The notes below the pieces were generated by a model that worked only from the letters and a program-made list of their open reading frames with translations, was not told the DNA's origin and made no database searches. Made by a program: the position numbers and the translations under genes. A stretch of DNA of 64,000 nt from Vezdaea acicularis (lineage: Eukaryota): contig JAPEUI010000018.1 of the NCBI GenBank assembly GCA_026025075.1, positions 62,001 to 126,000 on the forward strand, written 5' to 3'. The first letter of the stretch is position 1, and each line of letters starts with the position of its first letter. Positions 59,612 through 64,000 of the stretch are shown piece by piece.

Positions 59612-60568
59612 TCAGAGATTATTTGTAACCCCCGGCTGAATCGACTCCAGTATCTCACTTAGTTCCTTCCAGACCTTCTCAGACGCTTTCCTGCCATCCT
59701 CACTCTTTACGAAATTGGAGAGGACACCGTCATTCACTTGCCCGTCGACCATGTACTTGCCATGTGACTCCTCTCCTGCTACAGCTGCAGCAACAAGTGT
59801 ACGACTGCCTACCTCAGTCGAGCGCGCAAGGAAGAGCTTCATGATCGTCAGGAACAAGCCCGCATCACGGGAGAGCTCCGAGTGACAGAAGCCCGGACTG
59901 AGCATGTTCAAGATGACGCCAGATCCCTCTAGCTTGGGTGCAATCTGTCGAACCGTAAGGACTTCAAGGAGCTTGCTGGTAGGGTATCTTTCTGACATTC
60001 GAGCGCTGGGCTCGTTATCGAGAGCGTCAAAGGTGCTGGGTGCTTTCCACTCAGGGAACTCCGTTCTGGCATGGACCTCACTCGAGACGACTATGAGCCG
60101 GGGCTTAGTACCGAACTCTTTCGCGGAAGATTTCAGCTTCGGCAGCATCAGTAAGAGCAGGAGAAACGTGCTGATAACGTTGACTGTGATCGTTCGCTCA
60201 TGGCCCGCGGCAACTGCGAAGTTTCTAGTTGCAACGCCCGCATTCTCAAGCAGGACGTCAAGACGCGGTAGGTTGGAGGCTCGATCGGCGAAGGACTTGA
60301 CCGAATCATACGAGCAAAGGTCAAGAGACCAGACCTCGATAACTGAGGCGTCACATTTGGTGCTGGTCTCGATGTTCCTCTTAGCTTCTTCGCCGGCTTT
60401 GATGTTACGGACGGCCAGTATGATTTTGGAGGCGCCCAGACGAGCAAAGTGACGAGCTGCTTCTTTTCCGAGACCGACGTTGGAGCCGGTCACGATGACC
60501 GTTTGCCCTGCGAAAGAGGTCGTGGGGTAAGTAGGGGTCACGAAGAATTGTGAATATAGGAAGCCCAT
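59612..60568 (-). CDS. Short-chain dehydrogenase/reductase (retinol-DH-like)
   Basis: TGSNVGLG, LLENAG, YPTSK catalytic motif, PGFCHSEL. Confidence 0.92.
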   Translation of the reverse strand: MGFLYSQFFVTPTYPTTSFAGQTVIVTGSNVGLGKEAARHFARLGASKIILAVRNIKAGEEAKRNIETSTKCDASVIEVWSLDLCSYDSVKSFADRASNLPRLDVLLENAGVATRNFAVAAGHERTITVNVISTFLLLLLMLPKLKSSAKEFGTKPRLIVVSSEVHARTEFPEWKAPSTFDALDNEPSARMSERYPTSKLLEVLTVRQIAPKLEGSGVILNMLSPGFCHSELSRDAGLFLTIMKLFLARSTEVGSRTLVAAAVAGEESHGKYMVDGQVNDGVLSNFVKSEDGRKASEKVWKELSEILESIQPGVTNNL

Positions 60569-61198
60569 TTTAACGATAAGACTATGCAATACGAACAGTG
60601 ACAAACTGAAGTGAAATATGAGCACACAAAGATTGGAATTGAAAATCCTGGCCTGACAAGATACTTATATAGACTACTGAAGAAGAACAAATATTAGTCG
60701 GACTGCTGAAGCAGAACGGATATAAGTCGGTCTTAAAGTTTCTAACCCCTCGTAGTTGATGGTGATCGGACTCCAATTTACCGAGATCCGACTTGGTGTC
60801 CAATTTGGCGTGTTTGGCTACAGTCCTATGTCATAAGTCTTCATCCGATTTCAACCGACTTTTTCATCAACAACAATTCGCATCACATCCACCATCACAG
60901 CGCAAATATCGAAAATCAAACCTGACAAAGCTAAAGACCTTTGGTTTTACATCAATTTGACATCTGAATTGTAGGGTTTGGGCCAAATTTGATGCTCATA
61001 TGAGATGTTTATCTAGGCAAGTATTTGATGTGGTGCTCCGTCGCTAAAATCGGACGAAGACTTATGACATGGGACTGTACATAGCCACGCGGGCAACAAA
61101 AAGACCCGCACACCAAGGCTTTAGCGAGGTACCGAGCGACCAAAATTGTGTGGAGCAGTACTTTGCTTCCTAAGCGAAACCTGCCTCTTTGGCCCATA

Positions 61199-61442
61199 CA
61201 GTGGGTGGCGGAAAGTTTGCACACCCCTTCAAAAATTTGAAGTCCCGACGACCAGTTAATTCCGACAATTAAGCTGCCACAACGCACTTTTAAGAGAGTT
61301 TTAAGGCGTCACTTGCACTGCTGTGGGACATGCTTCAGGAATTAAGTTGATAAGGTACTAATTCTGTCGTGTTGCTGCCATCGTATTGGTGCATGCAGTA
61401 TTTATTTTCGCGAGGGGTGTGCAAACTTTCCGCCACCCACTG
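61199..61442. mobile_element. Tc1/mariner-type MITE (mimp/impala-like), 244 bp
   Basis: Perfect 30-bp TIRs CAGTGGGTGGCGGAAAGTTTGCACACCCCT, flanked by TA at 61197-61198 and 61443-61444. Confidence 0.92.
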
Positions 61443-63496
61443 TACGCTGTGTGGGTTTTTTTGTCAACCGCCGTGGGGGGGACAGCTGTCAAAGCGTAGG
61501 CGGTGACACCCGCTGTGCATCTGTTCGGATAAATCTGATCCCTGGTAGTAATTTGCGGGGTCATGAGCGGAAGCGTGACTCGGGAGCGGGGAAGCCTGAC
61601 CCAACTTATCAACCAGGCAACAGTTGTTTGCCTCTTGCATCCTCACCTATTCCGACTGGTATGCCAATTTCAGCTTTCGATCCTTCTCGTCCTAATTCTC
61701 GATGCATGGGATCCATGCATCGATGAGCACTTGATGGACCAACATCCAGCCATTTGACGGTAGATATCTTCCACTCTGCCGCTCGGTCATTCTGACACCC
61801 GACATATGGAGTCGGAAAATACGCTGCTCTTCTTTCTTTTTGGCCAGTGTACTGCACTGGTGGCGCTCAGCATAGCGTTTTCTCCTGTTCCAGATACTTT
61901 CACCACATATTAGTGTTGAACCGAGTTTGATAGCGGAATATCATTTCGGGAAGCGGCTCACTGATCCCTGTGGAAGAGAAAAGACAAGAGCAATGGTGAT
62001 TATCGACCAACGCGCAGTGACCCAATCATCGCACAGGACATTTGTGCCTATCCGTGGCAAAGATACAAAGTGAAGGATGAGACAACTATGACTTCTAGTG
62101 ACGTACATCGGCACGCAAAGGGAGCGTCGAGCCCACTTGACACAGATTTGAGGGGATCACAGAACGTGTTATCATGACTGGGTGGTAAATTCTGCCGCAC
62201 ATAGCAAGGTTCTTTCCCTGCATTGAAAGTGATGCAGAGGCGGCCGTTGCGATCATAGTAGCCTTGGAAATAAGGACACAACCAGCCCCTGGCCCAGCGT
62301 AGTAAAGGGATCACACGACCCGCTATCCTGCAGATCCATAATGGTAGTGGGTCGAGGCATGGACCAATGATGCAAGTGGAGAAACACTGTGTGGGAAGCT
62401 CGAGGATACTGGATTGAAAATACCTGCAACTACTGGTCATTGACCCAAGGCCTTAAGACTCTAATGCATACAGCTAACCCGCGCGCATGGAAATGGCCTA
62501 CCCATTGTCAAGATCTACTTTCCTATCAACTACCTGTCAGCGAGGTATACAAAGGAAACTCTCAACCACGTCACTGGTAGTCCAAGTCTTCTTGCATCAT
62601 AATACCGCCATGAGCAAGGAGGTGAAAGACGAGATCCTTACCTTTTCCACATGTTACCTTGGTGGTGGTCATTTTTTGCCGAGACTCTCCGTTATGGAGT
62701 CTTTTCGCTAACCGGCAAGCCGGTATATCCACAGCTCCATCGACATCCTGTTGAGGTGCGATCGTCCCGACGATCTTCCTAAACTTATCCATGACTATGA
62801 AATGATCAAGAGAATTTGGTGGGTAGTCGACTAAATCGATGGAGCCGAAGAAGTGTTCACCCTTAGGACGTGACGCCTCTTCCGCATTGCACCTGCTTCC
62901 AAGGCAGCAAGGCAGGCTTTCCATTAGAGACAGATTCACGACAGGCTCGATGAGATTGCTTCCCCTGCTTGAAAGCTGGAATGAGAGCCGTTGGACGTCA
63001 TAAGTGGCTTTCATTGTACGCCACCTCGGTCCTATTTCAGCTATACCTGCAGGGCTAAGTTTCTGGGGCATGCACAAAATTCTCTGACAAGGGCTTCTCC
63101 GGAGGGGCAAACTTCAGCAAGGAGATCCCCCTAGTAGTGAAGGATTGATCGACACGCCAGAGGCTTTGTTGATTGATGCGTGCTTTCTGTTTCTTCTTCC
63201 GCGGCCTCACGGCTCTGTCAATATCAATATGGCTAAAGAGTATAGTGGTGGGAAGAGGGGTTTGGAGACCACATTTACTTACCGGAAGAGGATAGGGATC
63301 GTCATTCTTGGGAATCTTACATTACGTTGTGATCATTACAACCCTGCCAACGATGAAGATATTGGCGCCGGATTGGATCCAAAGCCTCCGACAGACGGAA
63401 GGCAGGGTTGGCGACCCAAGCTTTGGCCACGCAAAGAGGGAATCATGGGCGGAGCTCGCAGGATCTCCGAGACAGATGGTCCAAGGCTCAGAAATC

Positions 63497-63502
63497 TATA
63501 AA
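63497..63502 (+). promoter_or_regulatory. Candidate TATA box of the hydrophobin gene
   Basis: TATAAA, then a CT-rich box and a CAA-rich leader, ~145 bp before the ATG at 63644. Confidence 0.55.
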
Positions 63503-63643
63503 GACGCCCTTCTTTCTCTCCAATTCAGTCCTCTTTCACAACAAGAACAAGCAATAGCAACAGCAACAGCAACAGCACTCAATACAACCAAAGACAATCA
63601 AACCTCTCTCTTTCTTCAAAGAACCAATCTTACAGCCTTAAAG

Positions 63644-63917
63644 ATGCATTTCTCTACCATCACCGTCATCGTATCCATGGCCCTCCTTGCCAGCGCCGGG
63701 CCCCTCGCTCCCCGCAACAGCGGTCCATCGCCGCCAAAAACCCCCCCAGGCACCGTGTACAATAACCAATGTGCCAACTATGGCCAGGCCCAGTGCTGCA
63801 ACAGCTACGATACTACCGTCATCTCACAGATTGGGGCGGCCGGCATCCTTGATATTCTCTCCGGCGGCTTGGCCCTCCTCAACGGCGTCGGTCTATTTAA
63901 AAATTGCTCGCCCTTGA
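63644..63917 (+). CDS. Class I hydrophobin, exon 1 (gene runs off the window end)
   Basis: Signal peptide MHFSTITVIVSMALLASAG, then C-x7-CC-long hydrophobic loop-C (QCANYGQAQCCNS...KNCSPL), then a GTCAGT donor at 63918. Not in the ORF track. Confidence 0.85.
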
Positions 63918-64000
63918 GTCAGTTTCCCTTTACTCCACTCCCTTTTCACCTTCTCTCCATTTGGCCAGCCGGCCTTCCACAAAAACACTCACATATTTAT

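Noticed and set aside
62048..63501. ORFs of 118-179 aa upstream of the hydrophobin
   Set aside because: No recognisable motifs, several with non-ATG starts; probably a long promoter region.

Overview
Eukaryotic DNA from a filamentous ascomycete (Pezizomycotina-type genes, short GT-AG introns with CTAAC-like branch points). Bases 1-25 kb are a compact housekeeping block: Obg-like GTPase 5' end, Btz/CASC3 protein, Nop13-like RRM protein, IEC3, an NBR1-type ZZ autophagy receptor, Sam35/metaxin, Bud2-type RasGAP, cyclophilin-40 and UTP15. About 90 bp after the UTP15 stop an accessory island begins (~25-49 kb). It is punctuated by six copies of a ~270-bp element with imperfect terminal inverted repeats. 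Between the copies lie discrete gene modules: (i) HeLo-domain gene + MFS transporter + Zn2Cys6 regulator; (ii) a CorA-like membrane protein divergent from a 59-aa spliced microprotein (not resolved by the ORF track) that ends 17 bp before a tandem kinase-pseudokinase; (iii) a kinase fused directly to 23 near-identical 126-bp TPR repeats, with no NACHT/NB-ARC; (iv) a BTB protein. A RIP-like-damaged pogo/Fot1 transposase relic is also present. The last 15 kb hold a convergent tyrosinase/DyP peroxidase pair, a possible permuted papain-like protein, an APH-family kinase, an SDR, a mimp-like Tc1/mariner MITE and the start of a hydrophobin. The best candidates for an undescribed system are the CorA-like/microprotein/tandem-kinase module and the repeat-delimited array of immunity-like modules. 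All calls come from reading the sequence; no searches were run.
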